From Candidatus Latescibacterota bacterium (lineage in GTDB: Bacteria; Latescibacterota; UBA2968), in contig OZ241986.1 of NCBI GenBank assembly GCA_965204375.1, positions 1,792,001-1,856,000 of the forward strand: a stretch of 64,000 bases of DNA, read 5' to 3'. The position numbers and the translations under genes are program-made. The notes beneath the pieces were generated by a model. The model worked only from the letters and a program-made list of their open reading frames with translations. It had not been told where the DNA came from and made no database searches. Shown here one piece after another: positions 21,103-30,285 of this stretch (the stretch's first letter is position 1; every line of letters starts with the position of its first letter).

Positions 21103-23086
21103 AGCGATGTACCCAATGTCCGCGTTCAGGGAACCAGATCATGTCGATTCCTATTGACAAAGCCACGCCGAGAATATATCCGACGAGCAAACCGATAAAC
21201 AGGGGTCTGGATTTGCGATAAACCGTTGGGCCGCCTACTTTTATGATGACAAACTTAATTAGCCACGCCAGAAAAGTTGTAAAGCTGGTGCGTCGAGCCA
21301 AAAAAGATCCCGAAATCGCCAGACCCACGGGATGTAACGGCCACCATACAAAGCGATAGCGCATATAGATCAATCCCGCCATCAAAAGACCGCCAATGCC
21401 CAAAAATACCGCTTGTTCGGGATTTTTCTCGTAAAACGGTGGCTCATCGGGTTTTTTGATTGCATCAACCGTGCTCTGAAAATGGCGTTCAGCGGCTCGC
21501 GTGATGTCCCAACTGTTGAAATTATAAGCCCCTTGATCGTAACCCAACCACACGGTGAACAGCATATTGAATAGCAAACTGACCATAAATACCAGACCAA
21601 GCGCGCCCATCAACCGCCGCCGCTGATTGCCGGGAACCCCCTCGGAAACGCGCCCGGCATGGGAAAGCGCGGGCATAAACAAGCCCTTAAAATTCTCGTT
21701 AATCAACACGGAAAAGCGAAAAGCAACGAGGGTGGAAAGCGAGATATTGCGCCTGCCGTAAAACGATGCAACCATACTCCATGAACCAATGGGTTTGCTC
21801 GCAAATGGCATGCCGGTATCGGCGAGGATCTTCGCCATACCCGTATAGACAAAAATCACTGCCAGAATGTATAAAAACCCTTTAAACGGATCGAAATTCA
21901 TCTGCGTCAGCCAGATAAACAAATACGCTATGCTGCACAGCAGACCTATGCAAGCGGCGCGATAAGACATCAATTCCTCGGAGTCATCCACTGTGGGGTC
22001 TCTCCCAAGTGCCTTCATCAACACATCGCGCAAATGTTTTCTCGCTACCCAGAATACCGAACCCACAAAAACGACAAAGGCTCCAAAAGTCTGCCAGTAA
22101 TACACTCCCGTGCGATAATAAGGCGTGGTGGCTTTATAGCCCCACTTGGTAAGTTGCCCGCCCTCAAAGATGAACACCAGATCAAAAAACCAGATTGAAA
22201 ACAGAACATCCAGGCTGGCAAAATAGGAAAAAAGAATGGTAAAAACGCCAAAGAATCCCCTGATAGGCGGCAATTGGCGATCAATCCAATACCAGCGCGC
22301 TCGGTAAATGGGAAAACGCGGAAAGCCCGGCAAAAAGTAATTGATACAATTCCAGGCCAGCACGCCAAACGCAATGGCAAATCCGATCCAGAACAAACGA
22401 TTGCGCATAAACTCGGGCAACCATCCCTCACCATCGCCCGGTTCAGAAGTCATATCGATCAACGGCGCCATGGCGGGAAAAACCAGGCGTTCGTTTTGCA
22501 CCCATTGTTTTCTGAAAACAGTCGCTACACAGGCCAGCATCAAAAAAGCCGCCGCCACAACCGTCGTCCACCAAAACAAGGGCAATATCCACACGCCCCA
22601 GGGGATAGTCGCACCGCTCGGCAAGCCTTCGTAAAACCACGCAATGGCATTGCCCTCGGGACTTGGCAATAGCCAGTTGGGCAAAAGCGGATGCAAATGC
22701 TCAGCCCACTGATTTTCTTCCGTAGCAAAATAATAAGGTGCCGTGATATAGCCGATCAAATAACCCGTCATTCCAAAACACGGCAGTGCTGCGCCCACAA
22801 GACCCATCGCCAAAATTGCATGCCATTCGCCTTTTGAGAGCACCCAGCCGGTCATTTTGGCAACAATGGCGAGTCCAATCATCAGAATCATCAGCACGAT
22901 CAACATGGCCATTGGGATGTGGCTATACGTCATCAGCGAAGCGTGCAAGATGTAGCGCACATACATAGCCAGCAGATCAAGAGCAATGACGAGAAATACG
23001 CCCAATCCCACAGCGCGCAATGTTACCGCGGGTTGTGAACTCGCATCATCTGCTTCCGTCTGAATATTTTGTATATCAAGAGCCAT
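21095..23086 (-). CDS. DUF6785/DUF6784-like polytopic membrane protein
   Basis: AVTLRAVGLG, RKQWVQNERLVFP, LDVLFSIWFF, WWPLHPVGL, GLLVGY; overlaps the next gene's start. Confidence 0.75.
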   Translation of the reverse strand: MALDIQNIQTEADDASSQPAVTLRAVGLGVFLVIALDLLAMYVRYILHASLMTYSHIPMAMLIVLMILMIGLAIVAKMTGWVLSKGEWHAILAMGLVGAALPCFGMTGYLIGYITAPYYFATEENQWAEHLHPLLPNWLLPSPEGNAIAWFYEGLPSGATIPWGVWILPLFWWTTVVAAAFLMLACVATVFRKQWVQNERLVFPAMAPLIDMTSEPGDGEGWLPEFMRNRLFWIGFAIAFGVLAWNCINYFLPGFPRFPIYRARWYWIDRQLPPIRGFFGVFTILFSYFASLDVLFSIWFFDLVFIFEGGQLTKWGYKATTPYYRTGVYYWQTFGAFVVFVGSVFWVARKHLRDVLMKALGRDPTVDDSEELMSYRAACIGLLCSIAYLFIWLTQMNFDPFKGFLYILAVIFVYTGMAKILADTGMPFASKPIGSWSMVASFYGRRNISLSTLVAFRFSVLINENFKGLFMPALSHAGRVSEGVPGNQRRRLMGALGLVFMVSLLFNMLFTVWLGYDQGAYNFNSWDITRAAERHFQSTVDAIKKPDEPPFYEKNPEQAVFLGIGGLLMAGLIYMRYRFVWWPLHPVGLAISGSFLARRTSFTTFLAWLIKFVIIKVGGPTVYRKSRPLFIGLLVGYILGVALSIGIDMIWFPERGHWVHRYG

Positions 23087-23246
23087 TGGCGCGATTTTTG
23101 TGAGACAAGGTGAAATTCCCTAAAAAATGTGCGGGAATAATTAACCCCCGCCCCTTGCTTTTGTCAAATGGTTTATATGTTTATAATTGTAATCCTGCAT
23201 ATAGCGCAACATCATTTCTGTTTGAGAAAAAACGCAAGCAAGAACC

Positions 23247-23275
23247 TTGACACCAATCAGCCGTTTTGTTAGATT
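23247..23275 (+). promoter_or_regulatory. Sigma70-type promoter for tRNA-Phe
   Basis: TTGACA-17 bp-TAGATT with an extended-10 TG. Confidence 0.65.
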
Positions 23276-23300
23276 TGGTAGTCTTATCGGGAAAGATGAT

Positions 23301-23376
<76 letters not shown>

Positions 23377-23429
23377 TTTTTTGCCTTGACCATACACAGA
23401 CGTATATTTCCTTTTAAAGTTCCAGGTAT

Positions 23430-23466
23430 AAAAAGGGTGTGAACACTGAGTGTTCACACCCTTTTT
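23430..23466. terminator. Bidirectional intrinsic terminator
   Basis: Perfect IR AAAAAGGGTGTGAACAC-TGA-GTGTTCACACCCTTTTT between the convergent tRNA and FGE-domain gene. Confidence 0.85.
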
Positions 23467-23488
23467 GTTTTTTGGTGAAAAATCGAAT

Positions 23489-24280
23489 TTACAAACTCTG
23501 AGCAACCCGAAACCCCACATAAAGACTTCCGGCAAAGGTCCTGTGTCGGTCGCGAGCAGCCGAGCGAAGGAAATACCCTTCCAGGTACCATGCACCGCCG
23601 CGCACCACGCGCGCAGTAGAGTCGCCGACCTCCCACGCAGACCCGTCATTGGGCGCGCCCACATATCTATTATTATAACGATCCAGAGTCCATTCCCACA
23701 CATTGCCGTGCATGTCGTGAAGCCCCCAGGCATTGGCCTCGAACGATCCCACAGGTGCTGACATCTCATTATCCCACTGACTGCCGCACCCATTGCAATT
23801 GGCGTGGTTGTGACCGAGATTATTCCCCCAGCTATACCTCGTCGCTGTTCCCGCGCGCGCCGCATACTCCCACTCTGCCTCACTTGGCAAACGATAGTTT
23901 TTTCCCGTCTGTTCCGATAACCAAGCTGTGTACGCCACCGCATCATCCCATGTGACATTGATCACGGGACGCCGTCCTCGACCAAAACCCCTGTCATCTG
24001 CCCGCTCGCGCCCCGTCGCATCCGTGAAGACATCGTATTCCTCAAACGTCACCTCGTACTTCGACAGCGCAAACGACGCAATCGTCACCTCATGCACCGG
24101 CCTCTCGGCATTGGTGCAACTTCTCCCCGAAACGCACCCCATCTTAAAACTTCCCGCAGGAATCACCACCATCTCTGGCGACTTAAAAGAAGCCCCTTCC
24201 TCCTGTGAAACCTGAGCGGATGCAACCGTGAAAAATCCCAATAAGACGAGAACAAAAATATTCCTGATCACACTCTGCAT
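23489..24280 (-). CDS. Secreted FGE-sulfatase-domain (SUMF1/C-lectin fold) protein, non-catalytic type
   Basis: Signal peptide; PAGSFKMG, RLPSEAEWEYAAR, NAWGLHDMHGNVWEW, RGGAW, GFRV. Lacks the FGE CxxxxC. ATG at 24280 after AGGAG. Confidence 0.9.
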   Translation of the reverse strand: MQSVIRNIFVLVLLGFFTVASAQVSQEEGASFKSPEMVVIPAGSFKMGCVSGRSCTNAERPVHEVTIASFALSKYEVTFEEYDVFTDATGRERADDRGFGRGRRPVINVTWDDAVAYTAWLSEQTGKNYRLPSEAEWEYAARAGTATRYSWGNNLGHNHANCNGCGSQWDNEMSAPVGSFEANAWGLHDMHGNVWEWTLDRYNNRYVGAPNDGSAWEVGDSTARVVRGGAWYLEGYFLRSAARDRHRTFAGSLYVGFRVAQSL

Positions 24281-24408
24281 GATATATCTCCTGTCATTAT
24301 TAACTGATAAATACTCATAACATAAAAAATAAGACAACTTCTTATGAATGAGAAATATATTTTGCACCATATCATCCATTCATCGCTCAAATATTAGATT
24401 TTCCAGTT

Positions 24409-25137
24409 TCAATGCACATCGCGTTTTACGATGGTCACATTGACCAGGACACCGGGGCGGACGTATTTTCCCGCATTCAAAAAAAGACCTGTTACTTTGC
24501 ACGTCCCATTTTCCGGATCAATAACAGGACTGATCCCGACAATGCGCCCGGGCAACGTGCGCTTTCCGCCAGCGGTCGGCACGGCAGACAGCGGCATATT
24601 CATTCGGATCGCGTTCAGCCTTTTCTCGGACACAAACAGATGCACCTGAAGATCCATGGGGTCAATGATCCGCGCGACCACGGTGTAAGCCAGTATCCAG
24701 TCCCCTGCCTTTACATTGACCTCAACCACCATCCCGTCCTGGGGTGCGATGATTGAGGTTCTGTCCAGTTCCATACGCGCGGCGACCCAGTTATAGTGTG
24801 CGACCTCGGCATCGAAGCGGACATTTTCGAGCTGCTGGTCACTGATCAGCTTCTTATCGTGCAATATTTCCAATCGCGCTTTCAGGGTCTGCGCCTTCTT
24901 CAGTGCAATCCGGGCTGCCGTTTCCTTCACATGCAGATCTCGGCGGGATAATACCATGAGGGTATCACCTTGAGTCACCCGGTCTCCCACCTCAAAGTTG
25001 ACCAGCTGAATCCGCGCGTTCATCCCGGCATAGACCGTCGCCGATCGCACAGGTACTAAAGGTGCTCTCAATATCAGTTCTTGTGCATTGACGCTTATGG
25101 CAATGAACATGCACAAAAACATCGCGTTGTATATCAT
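24409..25137 (-). CDS. Membrane-fusion protein / periplasmic adaptor (HlyD/RND-MFP family), short
   Basis: FEVGDRVTQGDTL, helical hairpin, IIAPQDGMV...VKAGD, ISPVIDPENGT, RPGVLVNV. ATG at 25137 after AGGAG. Confidence 0.85.
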   Translation of the reverse strand: MIYNAMFLCMFIAISVNAQELILRAPLVPVRSATVYAGMNARIQLVNFEVGDRVTQGDTLMVLSRRDLHVKETAARIALKKAQTLKARLEILHDKKLISDQQLENVRFDAEVAHYNWVAARMELDRTSIIAPQDGMVVEVNVKAGDWILAYTVVARIIDPMDLQVHLFVSEKRLNAIRMNMPLSAVPTAGGKRTLPGRIVGISPVIDPENGTCKVTGLFLNAGKYVRPGVLVNVTIVKRDVH

Positions 25138-25183
25138 AGTTGATCTCCTGTTAGACGGATTTGATCTCGTGCCCTTTAAATAG

Positions 25184-25200
25184 TGCAAAAATCGTGCCAA
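25184..25200 (-). promoter_or_regulatory. Sigma54 (-24/-12) promoter
   Basis: TTGGCACGATTTTTGCA on the minus strand, a full match to TGGCAC-N5-TTGCA, about 47 bp upstream of the MFP start. Confidence 0.85.
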
Positions 25201-25277
25201 AATTTTCCAAAAACCCGTAACTACTTGCAGGAGAGCGTGTTTTTAAAAAATGCCCCAAAAAAGGACATGCAGAAAAG

Positions 25278-25335
25278 TGTGTCATATGACACAGTAACTG
25301 TTCCAAATGAAACAGTTGGGACTATAATGAAACAG
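25278..25335. promoter_or_regulatory. Putative enhancer (three bEBP-binding sites)
   Basis: Perfect palindrome TGTGTCATATGACACA, then TGTTCCAAATGAAACA and ATAATGAAACA. The ATGAMACAG cores start at 25286, 25307 and 25327. Confidence 0.7.
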
Positions 25336-25361
25336 AGGGATTACAGAGAAAAATCACACAA

Positions 25362-25390
25362 AAAATGCCCTGAAAAACACAGGGCATTTT
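25362..25390 (-). terminator. Intrinsic terminator
   Basis: AAAATGCCCTG...CAGGGCATTTT downstream of 25464-27971. Confidence 0.65.
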
Positions 25391-25463
25391 GGAAGGTTTT
25401 TGGAACATACCATACAACGGGCTGTCATCATCGGTCCTGCGGACATTGTTTGCGTTTTGCCAT

Positions 25464-27971
25464 TCAATTTTCCCTCCCGATCTGTGTTCTGGTCGCCACG
25501 GCTTTTACAGCTTCTATGCCCAGTCGGTCTTCGAGCTGTTTCAAGTACAAACTGCGCGGAGAGACCTTCAGCCCATGTGATTCCCAATATCCATCTTCAC
25601 GCCTGTACCAGCCGTCTCGTTTCTCGCCGATGCAGCCGATGGCGTAATTCTGTGATGTTGGGGGTTTTTGCACGATAAAGCTCTCTGCCTCGCAGTTCCA
25701 CAATACTTTTTGTGCACCCGCCCAACCGTGGCCGGTGCCCGAACCTTGCCGATCCTGAACATTGATGGCATTGCCGTTCACGGTCACATTGTCAAACAGG
25801 GTACAAACAGACCACCGGTGATGGGGTCCTGAATCATTATGCGCGATATCCGCCGTGCAATCCAAAAACACATTTGGCCCCGGTACGCGTGCGTGTAGCA
25901 CATAATCGTGACGCCCTCGCCGGGTATAACACCGTTGCACGAGAGACAATTGCCCGTGGATGGGAAATGAATATCGCCGTCCCCCGGTGATCTGTGATAC
26001 GGGGTCGAGACACTGGCTATCCTGCACGGTCATCCATTTTGCCTGGTTGCCAATGGTTACACATGCATAGCCAAAGTGAACCGAGGTGATATTGCGCGCC
26101 CACGCATTCTGCACGCGTGAAAATACGACAAAGTTCCAGGCGTGATCTTCATCGATAAACTCATCCTCCCTACTTTCATCTTTTTCGCTGTCATCAAACT
26201 CCGATACGCCGCGCAAGTTCTCGATGCCGACCTGTTCAATGCGCCCGAGATATTCGTATTTGAGAACCCACCCGCCGCCGTATTCTCGTTCAAATGCATT
26301 GCCCATGGGCGCGTCGATTGTTATCCGGTTGCCTTCTATGGCAGTTATGGTGCGGTCAAAGCGAAAGTCGTAAGTGCCCGGTTCCCACTGCCGAACGTCG
26401 GGGTGTGACATCTCAATGCGATCCATCCCTATTGCCGCAATCCACTGAGCCGTACTGGGTCGATGCACGAGGATGTCATCGCCAACTGCAAAACCCAAAG
26501 CATCTGCGATGGCGAATGTTTTTGCGCCTACGGGGACATAATCATCTACAATCGCCTGTCGCGTTCCCCCTACCTCTTGCCAAAATGATCTGCCTTCAAA
26601 CTCGATCAATGTGCGCTGTTCTGTTCCCGTTGCAATCAATACCGTGCCGTTTTCACCTTCGCCTTCACCGCGCAGTACAACGCCACTTGCCCGAATGTAT
26701 AGGGTCCCACCAATCCGATATTTTCCGCGTTTGAGTAACAAGGTCCCCCGAAATCCATTGGCGTTCAGTGCGCGCGCAGATACGTCGTCGATTGCCGCTT
26801 GTAATCGCGCTGTGTCGTCTCCCCCGACCTGTGGCTGTACCGTCATCGCCACTGGCACATCTGGCAGAGCCACACCACCACCCATATAACCACAGTGTGA
26901 AAAGTCTGGAATGATATTGCCCTTCTCATCTGGTACATAGACCAGTCGTCCGTCAGGTCCCGAATATACCAGTTTACTGTTCTGAGGTACGTAAGATACC
27001 GAACTGCTCCGCGTTTGGATAAAATCTGCAACTTGCGCCCAAATTGGGATGGGATATATGGAGGGGTCGCGTGAGGTGAGAATATCCCGAGGAATTGGCA
27101 CGCGGATCCGGGTTGTTCCCGCCTCAATCGTCTGGGTCAACAGGATCTGCGTTTCGGTTCCCACCACAATGTTTAATGGTTGTGTGGTGGCGTTTTCAAA
27201 TGTGATGGGTATGTACCACTGCGTACCGCCAGATCCGAATCCAGCAGCAAAAGCGAGAAAATCACCAAAACCGATTTGTCCGTCAGAATCGAGATCGTAT
27301 ATGGGATCATATCCCGCATCGGTCTGCGTTGCACCGAATTTCTGAACAAAGAGGATAAAATCACTAAAATCAACGGCTCCATTGCCATCAAAATCGAGAT
27401 GGTCAATAGAATTTATTTCCTGTACTGGCGCGTCAACTTGCCAGGAAAAGGTCTGATCGACTGTTGCAATATGATCGATGAACAGGCGCGCATTTGAATT
27501 TTGACTGGTTTCGGTTCTATATGTGATGTATCGCCTGTTGTAATCGGGTTCACTGCCCCAGATCTCGTGGGGTTTTGCCAGTTCTACAACGGCAAGTTGC
27601 CACCCCTGAGACGGTGTTTGTCCCTCCCAGATCGTATATATGGCTTCCCTACCGCCGCCCAGAGGGTGGTTGCGAACCTTGATTTTGAGATCCCTCAGGC
27701 CATTGCCTTCTACTTTCCACCAGAAGCTCAAGCTGTGTCTTTGGGAGATGTTCTGTCCCGTGCTAAAAAAATTGTAGGTAAAGAATCCCGTTTGACCTGC
27801 GGGCAGAGAAGCCGCGATGGCAAAGCGACCCTCCTGGGCATCTCTGGATAACTGTACATTGTTGGACCAACCGGAAAGATTGTCGCAATAGGTCAGCGTT
27901 TGCACCGGATCGCTGGCAGAGCAAGCACAGGCCCACAGAAATACAATTGTACAGGTGATAATTGATCGCAT
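25464..27971 (-). CDS. Secreted modular protein: CBM-like domain + dockerin/EF-hand pair + pectin-lyase-like beta-helix
   Basis: Signal peptide; DFDGNGAVDFSDF...DLDSDGQIGFGDF; IPDFSHCGY, DDTARLQAAID, SGVVLRGEG, SGPHHRW, GHGWAGA. Confidence 0.75.
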   Translation of the reverse strand: MRSIITCTIVFLWACACSASDPVQTLTYCDNLSGWSNNVQLSRDAQEGRFAIAASLPAGQTGFFTYNFFSTGQNISQRHSLSFWWKVEGNGLRDLKIKVRNHPLGGGREAIYTIWEGQTPSQGWQLAVVELAKPHEIWGSEPDYNRRYITYRTETSQNSNARLFIDHIATVDQTFSWQVDAPVQEINSIDHLDFDGNGAVDFSDFILFVQKFGATQTDAGYDPIYDLDSDGQIGFGDFLAFAAGFGSGGTQWYIPITFENATTQPLNIVVGTETQILLTQTIEAGTTRIRVPIPRDILTSRDPSIYPIPIWAQVADFIQTRSSSVSYVPQNSKLVYSGPDGRLVYVPDEKGNIIPDFSHCGYMGGGVALPDVPVAMTVQPQVGGDDTARLQAAIDDVSARALNANGFRGTLLLKRGKYRIGGTLYIRASGVVLRGEGEGENGTVLIATGTEQRTLIEFEGRSFWQEVGGTRQAIVDDYVPVGAKTFAIADALGFAVGDDILVHRPSTAQWIAAIGMDRIEMSHPDVRQWEPGTYDFRFDRTITAIEGNRITIDAPMGNAFEREYGGGWVLKYEYLGRIEQVGIENLRGVSEFDDSEKDESREDEFIDEDHAWNFVVFSRVQNAWARNITSVHFGYACVTIGNQAKWMTVQDSQCLDPVSQITGGRRYSFPIHGQLSLVQRCYTRRGRHDYVLHARVPGPNVFLDCTADIAHNDSGPHHRWSVCTLFDNVTVNGNAINVQDRQGSGTGHGWAGAQKVLWNCEAESFIVQKPPTSQNYAIGCIGEKRDGWYRREDGYWESHGLKVSPRSLYLKQLEDRLGIEAVKAVATRTQIGREN

Positions 27972-28221
27972 TGTGTGTTCTCCTGACCGCTTGTTTCTAT
28001 ATTTGCGATTATCTGCAATTTACTCGAAAAAACAGGGGTTTGCAATGGCATTTTGGCGTATAAAGATAATTATGCAAAAATTAAGACCTTCAAAATGTCT
28101 CAATGCGAGGATCCAAAAGATTGATTCTACCGTGGGTCTTTAAGCCCCCGTTTACAAATTCCTTCTCCGAAAATACGATTGCACACTTTCGGGATGATGT
28201 CTAACTGCGGATGCATCCGTG

Positions 28222-28257
28222 AAAAAAAATAGGGCAGACCTTGTGTGGCCTGCCCTA
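28222..28257 (-). terminator. Intrinsic terminator after the ABC ATPase
   Basis: Minus strand TAGGGCAGGCC-ACACAA-GGTCTGCCCTA followed by a T-tract. Confidence 0.75.
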
Positions 28258-28317
28258 CTATTGGGATTATTTTGCGTCAGGGCGAACCCATGAACGCTTT
28301 AAAGCTATGTAATACAC

Positions 28318-29097
28318 TTACTCAGCCGTTGGATCAAAGCCTTCAATACGCCCTTCCTGAATCTCGATCTCATCGCGGCGTCTCACCCGCTCAACCTGCC
28401 CATCGCGCAAATCGACCACGCGATCCGACACGCCGAGCATCTTGTGGTCGTGGGTATTGGTCACAATGGTCACACCGCTTTCGCCCTGCATCTTGAGCAA
28501 CAACTCGATAATTTCCTGCCCGGTCTTCAAATCGAGATTTCCTGTCGGCTCATCGGCCAAAATCAAATCGGGATCATTGGCCATAGCCCTGGCAATTGCC
28601 ACGCGCTGCTGCTGCCCACCTGATAGTTCGTAAGGTTTGTGGTGCAGACGGTCAGAAAGGCCCACCAGCGACAATTTGTGTGCTGCTTTCTCTTCGTAAT
28701 CTTTGCGCGACATACCCGAAAACACCATGGGCAAAGCCACATTTTCAAGCGCCGTCATCACGGGAATCAGGTTAAACGACTGAAAAATATACCCCACACT
28801 GTGACAGCGCAAATAGGCAATTTGCCCCTGGCTCATATCGCCCATATTGGCACCATTGACCAATACGGTTCCCTTAGTGGGCGTATCCAATGCCCCGACC
28901 ATGTTAAACATCGTGGTTTTGCCTGATCCCGAAGGACCCATAATGGACAAATACTCACCGCGAATCACATCGAGGTTCACGCCTTGCAGGGCATGCACTT
29001 CCTGGTCGCCCATCCGATAGGTCTTCCAGACCCCTTGAACTTTGATAATATAATCTTCAGCATCAACCTGTTGTTCAGCAGCCGATTCCTGAGCCAT
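28318..29097 (-). CDS. ABC ATP-binding protein, MacB/LolD type
   Basis: GPSGSGKT, GYIFQSFNLIP, LSGGQQQRVAIARA, ILADEPTGNLD, THD. Confidence 0.95.
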   Translation of the reverse strand: MAQESAAEQQVDAEDYIIKVQGVWKTYRMGDQEVHALQGVNLDVIRGEYLSIMGPSGSGKTTMFNMVGALDTPTKGTVLVNGANMGDMSQGQIAYLRCHSVGYIFQSFNLIPVMTALENVALPMVFSGMSRKDYEEKAAHKLSLVGLSDRLHHKPYELSGGQQQRVAIARAMANDPDLILADEPTGNLDLKTGQEIIELLLKMQGESGVTIVTNTHDHKMLGVSDRVVDLRDGQVERVRRRDEIEIQEGRIEGFDPTAE

Positions 29098-29141
29098 TGT
29101 GTTCTCCTCTGAAACAATAAAGTTCACCATTGAACTCACGT

Positions 29142-29170
29142 ATGGTAGCGAAAACCCATGGGCATGTCAA
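29142..29170 (-). promoter_or_regulatory. Sigma70-type promoter for the ABC ATPase
   Basis: TTGACA-17 bp-TACCAT. Confidence 0.6.
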
Positions 29171-29287
29171 GCCATTTTAATCGCAATAAAATTCTACGTG
29201 ATTCCAAAAGCGTCTTCTACTATATTCTTAGCCTAATTTTCCTATAGACCTCTCGCATCACCAAAACCAATACGAAAGGACCGCATC

Positions 29288-30112
29288 ATGAAACTCGCAG
29301 TATGCAATGAATTTTTCGAAGATTGGAAAATCGAGGACGTCTTTAACTACGCAGCGGAAATTGGCTGTGACGGCGTTGAACTCGCGCCTTTTACACTCGC
29401 GGAAAGCGTCACGCAAATCTCTGCCAAACAGCGCGGCGACATTCGCAAAGCCGCAGAAAAAGCCGGCGTAGAAATCGTTGGCCTGCACTGGCTACTCGCC
29501 AGTCCCCCAGGGCTTTATCTCACACACCCGGACAAAGCCATCCGCGACAAAACTGAGGACTATATCAAAGCATTGATCAACTTCTGCGGCGATCTGGGCG
29601 GACAGGTTATGATCCACGGCTCACCGGCACAGCGCAACATCCAAAAAGGCTGGGACCGCGAAGAATGCTGGAAATACGCCGTCGATGTCTTTTCAAACTG
29701 CACCGCAGAAATGCAACAAAACAACGTCACCTATTGCATCGAAGCACTCACGGGCAAAGAGACCAATATATTGAACTCCATCTCTGAAGCCCTCAAAATG
29801 GTTGCCGATATCGGTCACCCAAATTTCCAGACCATGGTCGATACCAAAGCCGCAGCCGCTGAAACCAAACCCCATGTGGATGTAATCGCCGAAGCCGGCA
29901 AAGCCATGCGCCATGTCCATGTCAACGACCCCAATTTGCGCGGTCCGGGATTTGGCGACTTGCAATTTGCATCCATCCTCCGCGCCCTCAAAGACCGCCA
30001 CTACGATGGTTATATATCCGTAGAAGTCTTTGACTTCAAACCCGATGCACAAACCATTGCCGCACGCAGCATTGGATATCTGAAAGGTATTTTGGAAGGG
30101 TTGGAAGTATGA
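29288..30112 (+). CDS. Sugar phosphate isomerase/epimerase (ketose 3-epimerase-like TIM barrel)
   Basis: DGVEL, CIEAL...ETN, MVDTK, HVHVND..LRGPGFG, SVEVF. Confidence 0.88.
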   Translation: MKLAVCNEFFEDWKIEDVFNYAAEIGCDGVELAPFTLAESVTQISAKQRGDIRKAAEKAGVEIVGLHWLLASPPGLYLTHPDKAIRDKTEDYIKALINFCGDLGGQVMIHGSPAQRNIQKGWDREECWKYAVDVFSNCTAEMQQNNVTYCIEALTGKETNILNSISEALKMVADIGHPNFQTMVDTKAAAAETKPHVDVIAEAGKAMRHVHVNDPNLRGPGFGDLQFASILRALKDRHYDGYISVEVFDFKPDAQTIAARSIGYLKGILEGLEV

Positions 30113-30217
30113 AGGGTGAAGTTTGAAGTGTGAAGAAACTCCCGCTCTGGGGTGGTGTTGGGTGGACTTCTCACTTCCCACTTCTCACTTCCCACTTCTC
30201 ACTTCCCACTTCTCATT
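30097..30217. repeat. Heptamer-armed intergenic element, copy 2 (inverted relative to copy 1)
   Basis: GAAGTAT GAAGGGT GAAGTTT GAAGTGT, then GGTGTTGGGTGG and (ACTTCYC)x7. Confidence 0.88.
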
Positions 30218-30285
30218 TAACCCCGGCAGAACCCGCCTGCGCGACCTGATTCCGCACGGGACGAGGTGCCTGTTGTTTGGCTTTA

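Noticed and set aside
23489-23620. FGE/C-lectin C-terminus as a diversity-generating retroelement variable region
   Set aside because: I found no template repeat or reverse transcriptase in the window. A remote DGR cannot be excluded.
30166-30215. CRISPR array
   Set aside because: The units are 7-bp tandem repeats without spacers, and there are no cas genes.
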